This document shows, piece by piece, positions 12,353 through 38,733 of a DNA stretch of 64,000 nt. The translations under genes and the position numbers were made by a program. This DNA is from Tubiluchus corallicola (taxonomy: Eukaryota > Animalia > Priapulida): the NCBI GenBank assembly GCA_030141605.1, contig JAQGDQ010000155.1:372001-436000 (forward strand), written 5' to 3'. Each line of letters starts with the position of its first letter. Position 1 is the stretch's first letter. The notes beneath the pieces are model-generated. The model was not told the DNA's origin. It ran no database searches and saw only the letters and a list, made by a program, of their open reading frames with translations.

Positions 12353-12778
12353 TACAGTATCTCTTGAAAGTTACAGTATCTCTTAAAGTACACACAATCA
12401 GAGTACAGTATTTGTTGAAAGTTACAGTATCTCTTGAAGTACACACAATCACAGAACTGTATCTCTTGAAGTACACAGTATTACAGTACAGTATCTGTTG
12501 AAGTACAGAGTATCACAATACAGTATCTCTTGAAGTCACAGTATCTTCTGAAAGTTACGTATCTCTTAAAGTACACACAATCACAGTACAGTATCTGTTG
12601 AAGTACAGGGTATCACAGTGCAGTATCTCTTGAAGTACTCGGTATCACAGTACAGTATCTCTTGAAGTACTCAGTATCACAGTACAGTGTCTGTTGATGT
12701 ACAGAGTATCACAATATAGTATCTCTTGAAGTACTTGAAGTACACAGTATCTTCTGAAAGTTACAGTATCTCTCGAAA
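12345..12778. repeat. Degenerate minisatellite of CAGTATCTCTTGAAGTAC/ACAGT modules
   Basis: Repeated ACAGTATCTCTTGAAGTAC with variable spacers. Confidence 0.85.
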
Positions 12779-13149
12779 CATATAAATTAGTTTTATCACC
12801 AGTTGTTGTACGGAAAAAGTATAAGTACATTTTCACGTGCTACAATTTACAAAATAAAGTACATTATAAGATTAGAGCTACTACCTGGTACAAATAGTAG
12901 CGCCAGGGGCGCATTTATCATTAGGGAACTGGGCTGTAGCCTAGGGACGCCAGATTTTAGTGCACTAGTGTTAAAAATGCCCATTATCTTTCAATATTCG
13001 AAAGAAGATACACGAATGGCTGAAGAAATCTGCTGCAATTTCAATATCCATTTGTGTTAAGATATAATTCAGCAGGAAAAGAACTTTTTCTGCTAACAGG
13101 TGGGGCTCTAACACAATGGAACTTGTAATCATCCACACTTAAACTTATA

Positions 13150-13840
13150 TACATACATACATACATACATACATACATACATACATACATACATACATAC
13201 ATACATACATACATACATACATACATACATACATACATACATACATACATACATACATACATACATACATACATAATCAAAATTAATGTAGTTAATTGTT
13301 AGGCACTGATGTTTTGTGTGATAGGTGGCAGTTCTGAAGTTTAAAAAGGTAAAACTTACAAGAAATTACACTACAGCGATCGTATAGGGAAAACCAGACA
13401 ATCACAGAATGAATGAGTGAGTGAGTGAACGAATAAATTTAATAGATGAATGAATGGGTGAAAGAACGAACGAACGAACGAAGGAATGAATAAGCGAAAG
13501 AGTGGATAAATGAATAAATGAATGAGTGAGCGGACGAACAAACGAGTGAGTGAATGAGTGAGCGAACGAACAAACGAATAAGTAAATGAATGAATCAATA
13601 AATGAATGAGTGAGCAAACGTACAAACGAGCGAATGAATGAATGAACGAACTAATAAATGAACGAAGTAATGAATGAACGAACTAAGAAATGAATGAATA
13701 AATGAACGAAGGAACGAATGAAGGAAAGAACGAACGAAAGAATGGAGGAATGAACGAATGAAAGAATGAGCGAACGTATAAACGAATGAAAGAACGAACA
13801 AATGAATGAATGAATGAATGGAAGTGCGAATAAATGAAAT
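13150..13840. repeat. (TACA)n 13150-13275 and degenerate (GAAT/GAAC)n 13407-13840
   Basis: Directly visible tetranucleotide runs. Confidence 0.95.
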
Positions 13841-14509
13841 CACAAGCCATCTCCTCGATAATGTTTTATCAATGGGATTTACAAAAGAATATGTATGCCA
13901 TAAAAAATAATGATTATAAGCATTATAAAATGCATTAAAATCATTCAGTGTACCTAACTAATTGTTAGATGGCAAATGCGTCTAGAAGCTAAAACGACTG
14001 GTGCAGTTGTAGTGTACAAAAACACAAACATTTAAAATAAAGATAAAATCGTAGCCCACGATAAAATGTACAAACACAAGCACACTAATTACCAATACGA
14101 TGTTGATAATGACAAATGACATTTGCATAAATAACAGAATCTGGTTGGATATTTCATTACCTATTTGAAGATGCTGACTGTTTTTGCTCAAGTAAGCAAA
14201 TATTTTAACTACTTGAAAAAAATCCGCCGATACCCCATGAAAAAAGCTTCATCTACTGAACAAAACAGCATTAAACACCTAATAAATTTACCGAAAATGC
14301 ACAATACTCAAAAATAATCTCGATCGATTACTCAAAACAGAAATTGAAATTTATTTCATGTAAACTTTTACTGATCGTTAACACAGTCATTTAAATTCTG
14401 TAAAACAGATGTAACCAATAGAGATATCCACCTTTATGACGTCAAATTGCATGATTTTGTGAATAAAGTTGAGAATTTATTATTTTTCTGAGCTACTCTC
14501 ACACACTCC

Positions 14510-14545
<36 letters not shown>

Positions 14546-14557
14546 TCCTCTCTCTCT

Positions 14558-14624
<67 letters not shown>

Positions 14625-15125
14625 ATATATATATTTGCCAATAACAAGCCGATATTCATAAGCTCGAACTAAAAGAAAAACTCGTTAGAATCGAATTCGA
14701 ACGTTCGATGCTCACCCCTATTAGAAACATAAAATAAAAGTGGCCTGTTTCTTCAAGAATTACTCATTGATCATGAAGTTTCGTTGAATTAATCTACTAA
14801 ATAAAAATACTTCAAATAGTTTGAATTTTTATGCAAAATAAATCACAAAATTGATATGAAATTTAAACAACAGAGCTAAAAGATATTAATCTTTCATATT
14901 TGTCATCCACTTTGCATTAAAAAACAGTTTATTTTGTTTAATTTATTGTCCTTATCTGTACTTATATGTCCTTATGTGTACTTATATTGTTGTACTGTAC
15001 GATATGCTGCACTCCGTTGTTCCGTTTGGATGGGAACTTCTTTCATTAATTTAAATTAATGTACTTTGTCTTGTATTATTTGCTTATCAGTCAAGCTGCA
15101 ATTACAGCTGTAAGTAAGTAAGTAA

Positions 15126-15217
<92 letters not shown>

Positions 15218-15260
15218 AACGACAACAACAGCAACTACAATAACAACAACAACAATAAGA
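14510..15260. repeat. (CT)n 14510-14621 and (TAA)n/(CAA)n 15126-15260 microsatellites
   Basis: Directly visible. Confidence 0.9.
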
Positions 15261-16429
15261 ATTATAATAATACTTCATTGAAAAAGCAGCTTGATTCTAT
15301 AGTTAAAAATAATTCCCAGAATATGCACACGAGGACCAGCAAGCGATTATGTACGCAAAGCGCTTACTTTTTTTCTCAAAAGGAGGGAGGGATTACGAGG
15401 TCGTTAGCTCCACGGATAAGGTTCAACGCAGTTTGGCTCCCCACGTTCAGGAAACTAGACTAGCGGAACTAATAAAATTGCATAGAATGGCCTGGGATAT
15501 TCTAGGTCATACTAGCGCGTAAGACCATTCCTTAGCGTACCACACTAGTTTAAATATCACACTGTTGTTAAGAAATAGGCCTATATGATCTCACAAAGTT
15601 TTATTTCTTTTGCTGAATTTATAGTCGCCTTACACTGCCATAGTTATTGCCACAAATAACCGTATTTGTAAAATGTGGTTCCACTTTTGGAAGGAACAAA
15701 GGCTGGCCCTCTCTATCTATCGTGTGGCAAAGTTCTTCAAGCGTTTCTAACAATCCCGGGTCGTAGAATGAACTTAACCGTACCAAACTTTGATAGTGAT
15801 TAACTTACCCAGGCTGGTGGCGTGCTTGTGCATACATCGCTGTGCAATTACAGTTGTTTTTTGTAAGTTGTTACCGTTGTTTTGTTTCACTCTATGGTTT
15901 GATACAGCACTGTAACTGGCTTTTAATGATGGCTGTAGTGGGTGCATAGGCCCTTTTTGGTTTTAATTTAGTTTTCAATTACTGCCACGGTGCTGATACC
16001 TGTTTGTTTATTTAGTAGATATTTAGCCTTTTACAGTAGCCACTCTTTTAAAATTGAAGCACCTAATATCCTTCAATACATTAGCATTTTGGCCTTTCGT
16101 GAGCTATAGCTGTAGTAGTTGTATGACATTTTACCCGTCTTTTGGTTCTCTCGGCCATTGCTCTATTTTTCTGTCTGTGATGAGCATTATGACTGTGAAT
16201 TTCTTACGAATTTATTGTTGTGACATTGTTGTGCTTAAGGCAACTTGGAGTTCTCATTCCTGTCTTTGTAACTGTTAAAGGCTCTAACAGCGTAAGTTAT
16301 TATTAATTAATTTCAATATAGTCTACATAATTTTTATATCAGTACTTAGTTATAGCAATACATTTAATCATGCAACTAATTTTCTTCTACTCAATGCAAA
16401 TTAAACTAAATGTTAATAATTGTATTTCA

Positions 16430-17087
16430 GAACGAAGAAACTTGGTCAACACGTTAAACTGGTGTTTTGTATCCATTTCAATGGCAGTTTTTAAAATATC
16501 TGTGCAATTGTGACTATTCGCTATACGTTTTTGTATATCTTGTGCCACGTTGAAATGTAATTACTACTGCATTATGTGGTAACTGTCTACCTAGTGTATA
16601 CAACGATTACATCCTATGAAGTACGTGTGTTCGTATATCCATAAATTTATGATGTCTTTAGTGAAAATCTTAATCTTAATAAAACGTGACTATGCTCAAC
16701 TGGTTATTGAACATTTTATAATCATGATCACAGTTTTCTTAGTTCTCGCTCCATTTCAACTTTCACTCACTACTCCCCGCACATTTATGAATATATTATT
16801 ATCTCAATTATCATTATCATTATCTCAATTATTAATCATTTCTGTAAGATTTCCACGTACAGTTTGGCCTGTCAAGCTATGCTTTTAGGCTCAAACTGTA
16901 TGCATCAAAATTATTCTGTAATGTAATTTGCACATGTGTATGCTGCATAAGAATCTCTTTTGTAATTTCTGGATTATATTGCATTTATAATTATATTTAC
17001 TTCAGTGGAAAATTATCTGTATTTATATTATAACTGTAAAATACAGTGTGGAAATAAATAAACTTAAACTTAAACTTAAACTTAAAA
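16430..17087 (+). mobile_element. Probable decayed L2-type LINE 3' end
   Basis: Broken frame containing YYCIMW. Ends in AAATAAATAAA(CTTAAA)4, a LINE-like tail. Confidence 0.35.
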
Positions 17088-17219
17088 AATGTAAATGATA
17101 ACAGATTTAATTGTGAAAACAGTGAAAATCAATTTTGGACAGTGGACATTTCACATTATTAATGACGGCATGAATGGTCTTTGAGATACAGGAATTATGT
17201 GATTGCGTCATATACACGA

Positions 17220-17880
17220 CTCCATTAGTAGCTTCTCAAAAATGATGATATGGTTGCAAAAATGTAGAGCAGTTTGTTTATTTGTTTGAAAAAGTTCAAC
17301 ACTGTTTGTTCTCCATTATTTGCTAGTAACACGCATTGAGCCTTATCACAGTTCCAGCGATTGACGATGATCGTGAAAAGGTCAAAGGTTAAGTGGCCCA
17401 CACAACGCATTCGTGTACACTAGGCAGCGCCTCGCAGCACATGCTATTGTAATGTTAGCAGCTTTAGCAGCTAGCTAGTAAATCTACAATCTAGGCTGAT
17501 GCATGATTAAGTAAACTTCAGGCAAAACAACTGAAGTTACTGAACTGATGTGGCAGACGGCTTTGCTTTACACACATGTCAGTGACGGTTGTAGTTAAGA
17601 CACGTTACAGCGGTACACTTAACCTGTGACCTACAGCAACTTCGCACGCGCAGAACGAAACTGTGAAAAGGCTTATTATTGTCATTGCAATAATAATAAT
17701 AACTTCTTGTTTTTACAGATATGCATAGCCGTTAAAACTGAAAGAGACGTTCTGGAAAATGCTGTACATTTCAACTCAATTATTATTTTTTGCCTGCGAG
17801 AGTGGGGCAATTTGGTGACTTGAGCGCCTAGTTCACTTTTTCTCGAGGTGAAACTATGTGCAAGTACCAGGATAATCTTT
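17220..17880. mobile_element. MITE family A composite copy
   Basis: Reverse complement of about 1195-1757; includes GTGAAAAGGCTTA at ~17663-17675. Confidence 0.75.
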
Positions 17881-18375
17881 AATGCTGAGAGAAATCCAAT
17901 TACCTTGTGGAATCGTGTCCTTAATGCTGAGAGAAATCCAATTAGCTTGTGGAATCGTGTCCTTTAATGCTGAGAGAAATTCAAGTTAGCTTGTGGAATC
18001 GTGTCCTTTAATGCTGAGAGAAATTCAAGTTAGCTTGTGGAATCGTGTCCTTTAATGCTGAGAGAAATTCAAGTTAGCTTGTGGAATCGTGTCCTTTAAT
18101 GCTGAGAGAAGTCCAATTAGCTTGTGGAATCGTGTCCTTTAATGCTGAGAGAAGTCCAATTAGCTTGTGGAATCGTGTCCTTTAATGCTGAGAGAAGTCC
18201 AATTAGCTTGTGGAATCGTGTCCTTTAATGCTGAGAGATATCCAATTAGCTTGTGGAATCGTGTCCTTTAATGCTGAGAGAAATCCAAGTTAGCTTGTGG
18301 AATCGTGTCCTTAATGCTGAGAGAAGTCCAATTAGCTTGTGGAATCGTGTCCTTTAATGCTGACAGAAAATCCAA
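17881..18375. repeat. 43-bp minisatellite, ~11.5 copies
   Basis: Unit AATGCTGAGAGAAATCCAATTAGCTTGTGGAATCGTGTCCTTT. Confidence 0.95.
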
Positions 18376-18447
18376 ATACCATGTGTTCATAATTGGTGAC
18401 TTGACGCAAAAGAAGACCTCTTCCAAATACAGTAAACTCATGATACC

Positions 18448-19464
18448 ATGAAACAACTTGCTAGCTATAGACCTCAACTCTTGCTGCTTGCAGCCTTTCT
18501 CTTGTACTTTCTTGCGTTGTCCTACAATGGTAGATTTCTGTTCTCCAAGAGCCAAACAAACGTTGTCAAGGAGTGGCTCGATGAAGTGACAAACAGACAA
18601 AAAGAAAAAAGTCTTTTCAACTTCTCAAGAACGTCGGAAAACTTCTTAGAAATGTGTAGGATGATCCAAGCCAAGGGGCTTCTGCCCTTTGTTACTTTCT
18701 CTAACGAGGGTTTCAGGGATTTTACGTTAAGTTGGTTGTGCAATACCAAAGACATGGGCATTCATGAGAACGTCATAGTTATAACTACAGACGAAATTAC
18801 AGCTAAAGTGTTACAAGTGAAATGGCCAAATTTGGGCATATATTACCATCAGGAAAGGACCGACCTTCAAGGAAAGTACGAATATGAAATGCAGGAGTAC
18901 AGAGACATCTTGCTTCTGCGAATCAAACTGTTATTGTTTTTACTGGAAAACAATATTTCCTTCCACCATTTTGAAACAGACGCCGTATGGATCAAAAATC
19001 CGTTGCCGCTGCTGTCAGAATATCACGGATATGACGTCATTGGTGCACACATAGGTCGCAATTTAGACCAGCATAACTTAACCGTCAACTATTTGTTCGC
19101 GAACTCGACACCAGGGGGCGCGTCCATTTGGCGGGAAATGGTTCGTCTGGTGCAAGATGACGTCAGGCATAAATACGAGCAAGATGTGTTGGACGATTTG
19201 TGTAAGAGAAACTTTGGTGGAGCAAAGTGTGCCTTATATCCGTACAGCCAGATTGCTGACGGGATGGTATACAGAGATAAGGGCATGAAAGAAGAAGCCA
19301 CTCGCCCTTATATAATAAATAATAATTGGTTAGTGGGTGTGAAAAGAAAAGTACGTAGAGCAAAAGTAAAGCAACACTGGTTTTTGGACCGTCACGGGGA
19401 TCTGTGCATCAAACAGGACTTGAGTAAAAAGATAAATGTGGACGAAATACAATATCGAGACTAG
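18448..19464 (+). CDS. Nucleotide-diphospho-sugar transferase (GT77/Nucleotid_trans-like), type II membrane protein, 338 aa, single coding exon
   Basis: Longest ORF in the window. N-terminal TM segment LLLLAAFLLYFLAL. GT77-type motifs TFSNEGFRDFTLSWLCN, FETDAVWIKNP (DxD site), YEQDVL and NNWLVG..K..RAK...WF. Confidence 0.9.
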   Translation: MKQLASYRPQLLLLAAFLLYFLALSYNGRFLFSKSQTNVVKEWLDEVTNRQKEKSLFNFSRTSENFLEMCRMIQAKGLLPFVTFSNEGFRDFTLSWLCNTKDMGIHENVIVITTDEITAKVLQVKWPNLGIYYHQERTDLQGKYEYEMQEYRDILLLRIKLLLFLLENNISFHHFETDAVWIKNPLPLLSEYHGYDVIGAHIGRNLDQHNLTVNYLFANSTPGGASIWREMVRLVQDDVRHKYEQDVLDDLCKRNFGGAKCALYPYSQIADGMVYRDKGMKEEATRPYIINNNWLVGVKRKVRRAKVKQHWFLDRHGDLCIKQDLSKKINVDEIQYRD

Positions 19465-19779
19465 ACTTATACTCCTATTAATTATTTGTTTTGTTTTTGT
19501 GAAAACGATTATTGGTCTTCGTTTCGTTATTAATGCAAAATGCATAATTACTGAATAACCATAAGAAAGTTTCTGTGATAGCCTAGGGCACTCTTCTGTA
19601 TTTTTTACGGTCTTTCAGTAATTTCGCATATTTGAGGTAACAGACAATAGCTTTGCAAAAGATGCTTATGTTCTTTCTAAAGCAACATTAGCGAAAATGG
19701 TGGATTTTCGTGGGCTACGTTTATTAAACCTTTTTTGGAGTTTTGGACATGTTTAGGTCTTGTATTACAGTTAGTCAGT

Positions 19780-19827
<48 letters not shown>

Positions 19828-19900
19828 CGTAAACTTAATATTACAGTTAGTCAGTCAATCAGGCTTGCACTAAGTTATCTCAGTCGAGTCTTTCTTCAAA

Positions 19901-19938
<38 letters not shown>

Positions 19939-20320
19939 GCGTGTGCGTGTGCGTGTGTGTGTGTGTTGCTCTGTTGTCTGCGTTTTTTATGCTTGAACCA
20001 CTATTCTATTTATATGTGCTTTCGTTGTTTAGACGTATAATGTTTTAAGACGTTTTTCTTTGTCTCTTGCTTTGCTCAACGGTTCAATAAAATCGAACTT
20101 ATCGAAGAGTGTTGCATGTTGCTAATATTTAGGCTACACCGAGTAAGCAATCCGTAACGGGCTGTGAAGTAACTGTTTATTAACGAATAAACACTTTTTA
20201 TTATATCATCCATGATTCCGTCTATAATCTTCGTTTTAGTAATATTTCCGATAATGGATGACAAACCTATTAAATCTTCTTTTCGCTTAATCGTCAAACT
20301 TGCTTACTACTCAAAGCAAA

Positions 20321-20910
20321 ACCGGACCCAATCTTAAACGGCAGGTTAAAACAATCTACTCTTTAAAATATTGAAAGGAAGCATACAATTTTACGAAAGA
20401 ATTATTACCACAGAAACACAATTTTACGTTCGCGCCACTAGTTCTTCGCTGTTACATACATTTCGCTGGTTAGACTGGCACTAGCACCTGTATTTTGGAA
20501 ACGCATTACACAAAAACGGGTGGTGTACCTTTCAGTTCAGAGGTGTTAGTTTATGACGTACTATACACGTTCGACAGCTCGCGCGTGAGTACAACGGTAA
20601 ATTCGAATTTTTCTGTCAAAACTTGCTTAGTTTTAGTACAACACACCAAATATCTTACATAATATCTGTATCTTTACATAATATCTGTGATATTATCTTA
20701 CATAATATCACACACCAAATATCTGTAGCACTGTACTTCAATTTTCGCTTTTGCAAACCCGCGCAACACGCTCGTGGAATATTTTTTATATTGAAAATTA
20801 TATTAGTTAGCGATGTCATCACTAGTTGGGTTGGCCCAGCTTTAATTAAATTTTGAATCTATTATATAGGCATCAGAAACGCTTTTGCAGTATTAATTGA
20901 GTTAAAATGT
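20321..20910 (+). mobile_element. Repeat family B copy
   Basis: Colinear with 2163-2720. Confidence 0.8.
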
Positions 20911-21179
20911 CTGCTTGTCATCGATTTGAAAGAGGATAGCACACGAAAAATCATCTTGTGTTTTATTAATGTTTTTGATTGCAGCTTTACTAACCATTCC
21001 TATATCGAAAGTAATTTTAAGGTATTGTCGTGGAAACTACGAAAAAGTGTTAAAATTTAGGAATTTATAAGCAACTTAAAAGTTTTATATTACATAGTTC
21101 TAAGTTTATTTGACACCCATAGAAAGATTACAATAAATAGATAACATTATAGTAAAGAGAATGTATTTCAAATTAATGA

Positions 21180-21345
21180 TTAAAGATTAAATTATTGTCT
21201 TAGCTAGAAGTCGAGTTAGGTGTGGCACAACATGCTATGATCAGCTGATGGTTGACCCACTTAAGAGGACTGCTCACGATTACAGATTTGATGACGTAAC
21301 TCCTATGCGCTGAAACTCAGTGCGCACTAGGTAATTAAACAAAAG
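21180..21345 (+). repeat. Local dispersed duplicate (second copy ~22023-22170)
   Basis: AAGATTAAATTAT.GTC..AGAAG..AGTTAGGTGTGGCA..TGATCAGCTGATG is shared by both copies. Confidence 0.65.
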
Positions 21346-22624
21346 GAATTGCGTCACAACTGAATAACAGCTGAACTGAGAGGTACAGGGCCAGTTTTTG
21401 AGCAATGCCTATCCGAGATGCAAGCACTGTACTCGTCTAACTAACGATTCATCTCCTAACAACGGATGAATACATGACCTCCCGCGACAAAGCTAATTGT
21501 GAAGACGCAGATCGGCAGGTAAAACTGCTTGGAGAGTAAATTGCCAGCAGTCACCAACTCAATGACTAATCAGGTTTGGCATTGTTTAAATTTCTTAGCT
21601 AAGCACAATTTAATGTTAGTTGACGCAAATCATCAACCAGCAAGCGAACACACAAGAGATTAATCGTTTATTTTCCGTAAAATGACACAAATGAAGAGCC
21701 CAAGATATTTATTTTTATAAATATTTATTGTATAAACTATCTTTTTTCTTTATAATTATATCTAATAATCAAGAAGTACAGTCTGCTTAATAATAATAAC
21801 AAAAACAACAACATTAATAATAACTAACCAACACAAACGCAGCATCATCACGTGATTTTTTTGCAATGAAATTACTAAAATGTCCTTTTCTACAGATAGA
21901 GCAAAAAGTGAACAAATTACTTCATAACTATGAGTAAAAGAAAGCCGTGTTAAATAGTGATTTTGATTAAATTGGTGATTAAATTATTAAATTAATAACC
22001 CATGACTAAATGCTTGACGATGCAAGATTAAATTATCGTCGTGGTTAGAAGCCTAGTTAGGTGTGGCATCACGTGATCAGCTGATGTTCGACCGGCTGAC
22101 TCAGAAATAAAGATTGATATTGTAATCCTTATGTGCAGAAGCTCATGGCGCATTATGTAGTTAGACAAAAGTGTTTTGAGGCCCGCACCTCGGGCATATT
22201 AGGAACTGACTTGGAGACGGAGGGCTGGCATTACTGTCCTCTTATATTTACCGTGTTGTGTTTGATATTTAATAAATGTGTGGTTTCTTAAATAAAGTCT
22301 TGATAGTTTGCCATGCCCATCGTGGATACCTCACACGCTACGCAATAAACAACAATAATCAGCAAGCAGCTTTAACCACTATAATAAACAGACTTTAACA
22401 CAACCACGATACAAATTATTTTACTCTATGTTTTAAACAACATTAACTTTACCCGCATGGATTTTTAAAGCCAGTCAACGTTTTTTTACATACCTGAGTT
22501 TAAAGTATCTTAAATTAACGCTATCCATATCTTATTTACAGGTTCACAACTCAATATCAATGACATTTTCCATTTTTACATAATCTAGCAGTTGTAACAT
22601 CAAGTTCTTTCATCCCTAACAAAT

Positions 22625-22990
22625 AAGCCTTTTCACAGTTCCAGCAATTGATAATAATCGTGAAAAGGTCAAAGGTCAAATGTACCAGAAAACGCATTTG
22701 TGCACACTTGAAAACGTCTCGCAGCCCATTCTGTTATAATAGTAATTCATTAGTTCATTATTCATTAATTCATTAGAACCTTACCTAGTTCATTTTTTCT
22801 AGTTCCCAAGCAAGATGTCACACAGACTAATGCATATTTAAGTCTACGTAAAACAACTGCATTTACTGAACTGGACTTTGCTTTTCATACATGTCACGTG
22901 ACGGTTGTAGCTAAGACGTGTTGCTGTGGTACACTTAACCTTTGACCTAGAGCAACTGCGCGTGCGCACAACGAAACCGTAAAAAGGCTT
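22625..22990. mobile_element. MITE family A copy
   Basis: TAAGCCTTTTCACAGTT...AAAAAGGCTTA termini. Confidence 0.8.
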
Positions 22991-23469
22991 ATGCAGACTA
23001 ATGTCATCAGAACAGTAAAAACAAATGACCATAAAAAACTGTACGCATACGCATCACTGGAAATTCTGGACTAGAAATAAGAAAAAGTATTAAACAAAGT
23101 CAACGACTCGCAACTGCGAAAGATTCTAAAATGCCAAATGCTAAAATAAAACATCAATCGACGTCACATGCTCCAAAATCGAAGCATCGCGCATGCGCTA
23201 ACTAAACATCTGAATCTTTTTCAGCTGACATACCTGACAGTGATCATTTAGCTAGATTCTTCCAAGAATATCGATTCGAGACATTAATACATGTTACGAT
23301 AAAATTTTGACGTTTAGTAGACGCCTTTAAAGGAGAGGACAAGTCACTTGGCATGTTGGATTTATTCTACCGCTATCACCGAAATTTAGAAAAATGCAAC
23401 AAAAAAAAACGTATAGAAAAATTGCCTGCAAACTTATGTGGAGATATTTTATATCACCGTTCTACAAAA

Positions 23470-23855
23470 ACGTTCCGGCGCGGTGGTGAAGTTTGAAGTT
23501 GTGACGTAACTGGTGGACTTCATGACTTTCCGAAGGGTGCGTGTTGCTTTAAACTAATTTAAACATCTGCAGCTCATTTATGCATAAACATCACAAAATT
23601 AACCATGTATTTTTTGTAAAAAGTTATACTTTTGACGGAAATTGACAGCGCACTGCTTTTCTTCGACCGATGAATGACGTCATTGGTGGAAAATGGGCAT
23701 TCAAAATAATACCGCTTAAGTGTGAAATGATCGTGACTTTAAAGTAATTTTACTAATTACAAGAGGCGCTTATCACACGTTTAATGCTAAATCCTAACGT
23801 TTTACGCGAACACTGAAATGAGCCAAACTTTTATGAAGGCTTGACCTTCCCTTTA
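23470..23855 (+). mobile_element. Repeat family C copy
   Basis: Colinear with 10280-10685. Confidence 0.7.
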
Positions 23856-23929
23856 GCTACATGGATGCTGCCCCTCATCTGTTCCAGGATTGCTCGTCAT
23901 AGCTCTTAATTAGCTAAAATTCAATTAAG

Positions 23930-37703
<13,774 letters not shown>

Positions 37704-37718
37704 GACGACGGTGATGCG

Positions 37719-37732
37719 GTTGCCTAGGCAAC
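37719..37732. promoter_or_regulatory. Perfect palindromic X-box-like (RFX) motif
   Basis: GTTGCCTAGGCAAC fits GTNRCC(N0-3)RGYAAC and lies ~16 bp upstream of the CPED1-like ATG. Function is not shown. Confidence 0.4.
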
Positions 37733-38701
37733 AGTGTTAGGTTAAATCTTGTGGTATGTCGTCTGAGCGATCTAAATATGGATAACTATGTTAAAAATAG
37801 TAACGAATATAAGGCTTTACCTCAAAAATTTCTTTTTCTCGTGCTCTACCTAAAAAATTTCTTTTTTTAATATAAAATGCTGTACTTGCAAGAAGCTAAA
37901 CGCTAAACGGCTAAAGGTTGAAAAAAACTTGGAAAACAGGTTTTGAAGCTGGCAGGTCGGAATTGACCCCAAGGGGCTGAGTAGTCTACTTCCTATGACT
38001 TATGTATTTCAAAGGCCTTTGGTTCAACGCTAGAATCAGGACTAGGTTTTTATATTAATTTCGGCCAAACTTCGTTTCAAGAACTAACATAATGGGGGTT
38101 CACTCCTTTATCTGAAAAGCATCACCAATTTGCTTACCTATGATAAATGTGTCCGAAACAAATGTTGTAATAAAGGGAAAAATATTTAAATCTAGACCGG
38201 TTGAGACCGTCGTACGTTTATTCTAACCATAGCGTTTATTGTAACAAAGTTGCAAAGATTTTCCAAAGATAGTTTCGAATCCGCTACTTTCAATTCAAAG
38301 CTAGCAATATGATACTTTTAAGTATGTTTTTTGAACAATAAAACAGTGTATATGTAATCGGTGGATATATATCGGTGAACAATCTAGATATATATCTAAG
38401 TGGCAATCACACATTATCAAAAATAGTTATTATTGTAAATGTGAGTAGTGAAAAATGATCTTTGAATAAATGTACAACTCCATGTGCGCGTAATGCGTAA
38501 TGCGTGAACCGTAATGCGTGATGCGTATACAACAGTTTATACTGAAAGACTTGGAAGTGTTTCCATGAGTATTTAAAACGCAATACGTATTTGCCTTTAG
38601 CAGTGTAAGTTTTTATTGACCGACACTGATAGATCATTTATTTATTTATTGATTTGTTTTAATTATTTGCCAGTCTCTATACACACACACGCAGGCACAC
38701 A

Positions 38702-38733
<32 letters not shown>

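Noticed and set aside
18268-19545. Minus-strand ORFs overlapping the glycosyltransferase
   Set aside because: Antisense shadows of the real gene and the upstream 43-bp array; no recognisable motifs.
20076-20297. 73-aa minus ORF as the last CPED1-like exon
   Set aside because: Purine-rich acceptor, abuts a repeat, and is superseded by the 24043-23930 exon.
23234-23324. Exon-like segment with in-frame TGA (selenocysteine/readthrough) extending the CPED1-like gene
   Set aside because: A better terminal exon with the conserved GIN..S....C motif and stop exists at 24043-23930; this segment lies downstream of that stop.
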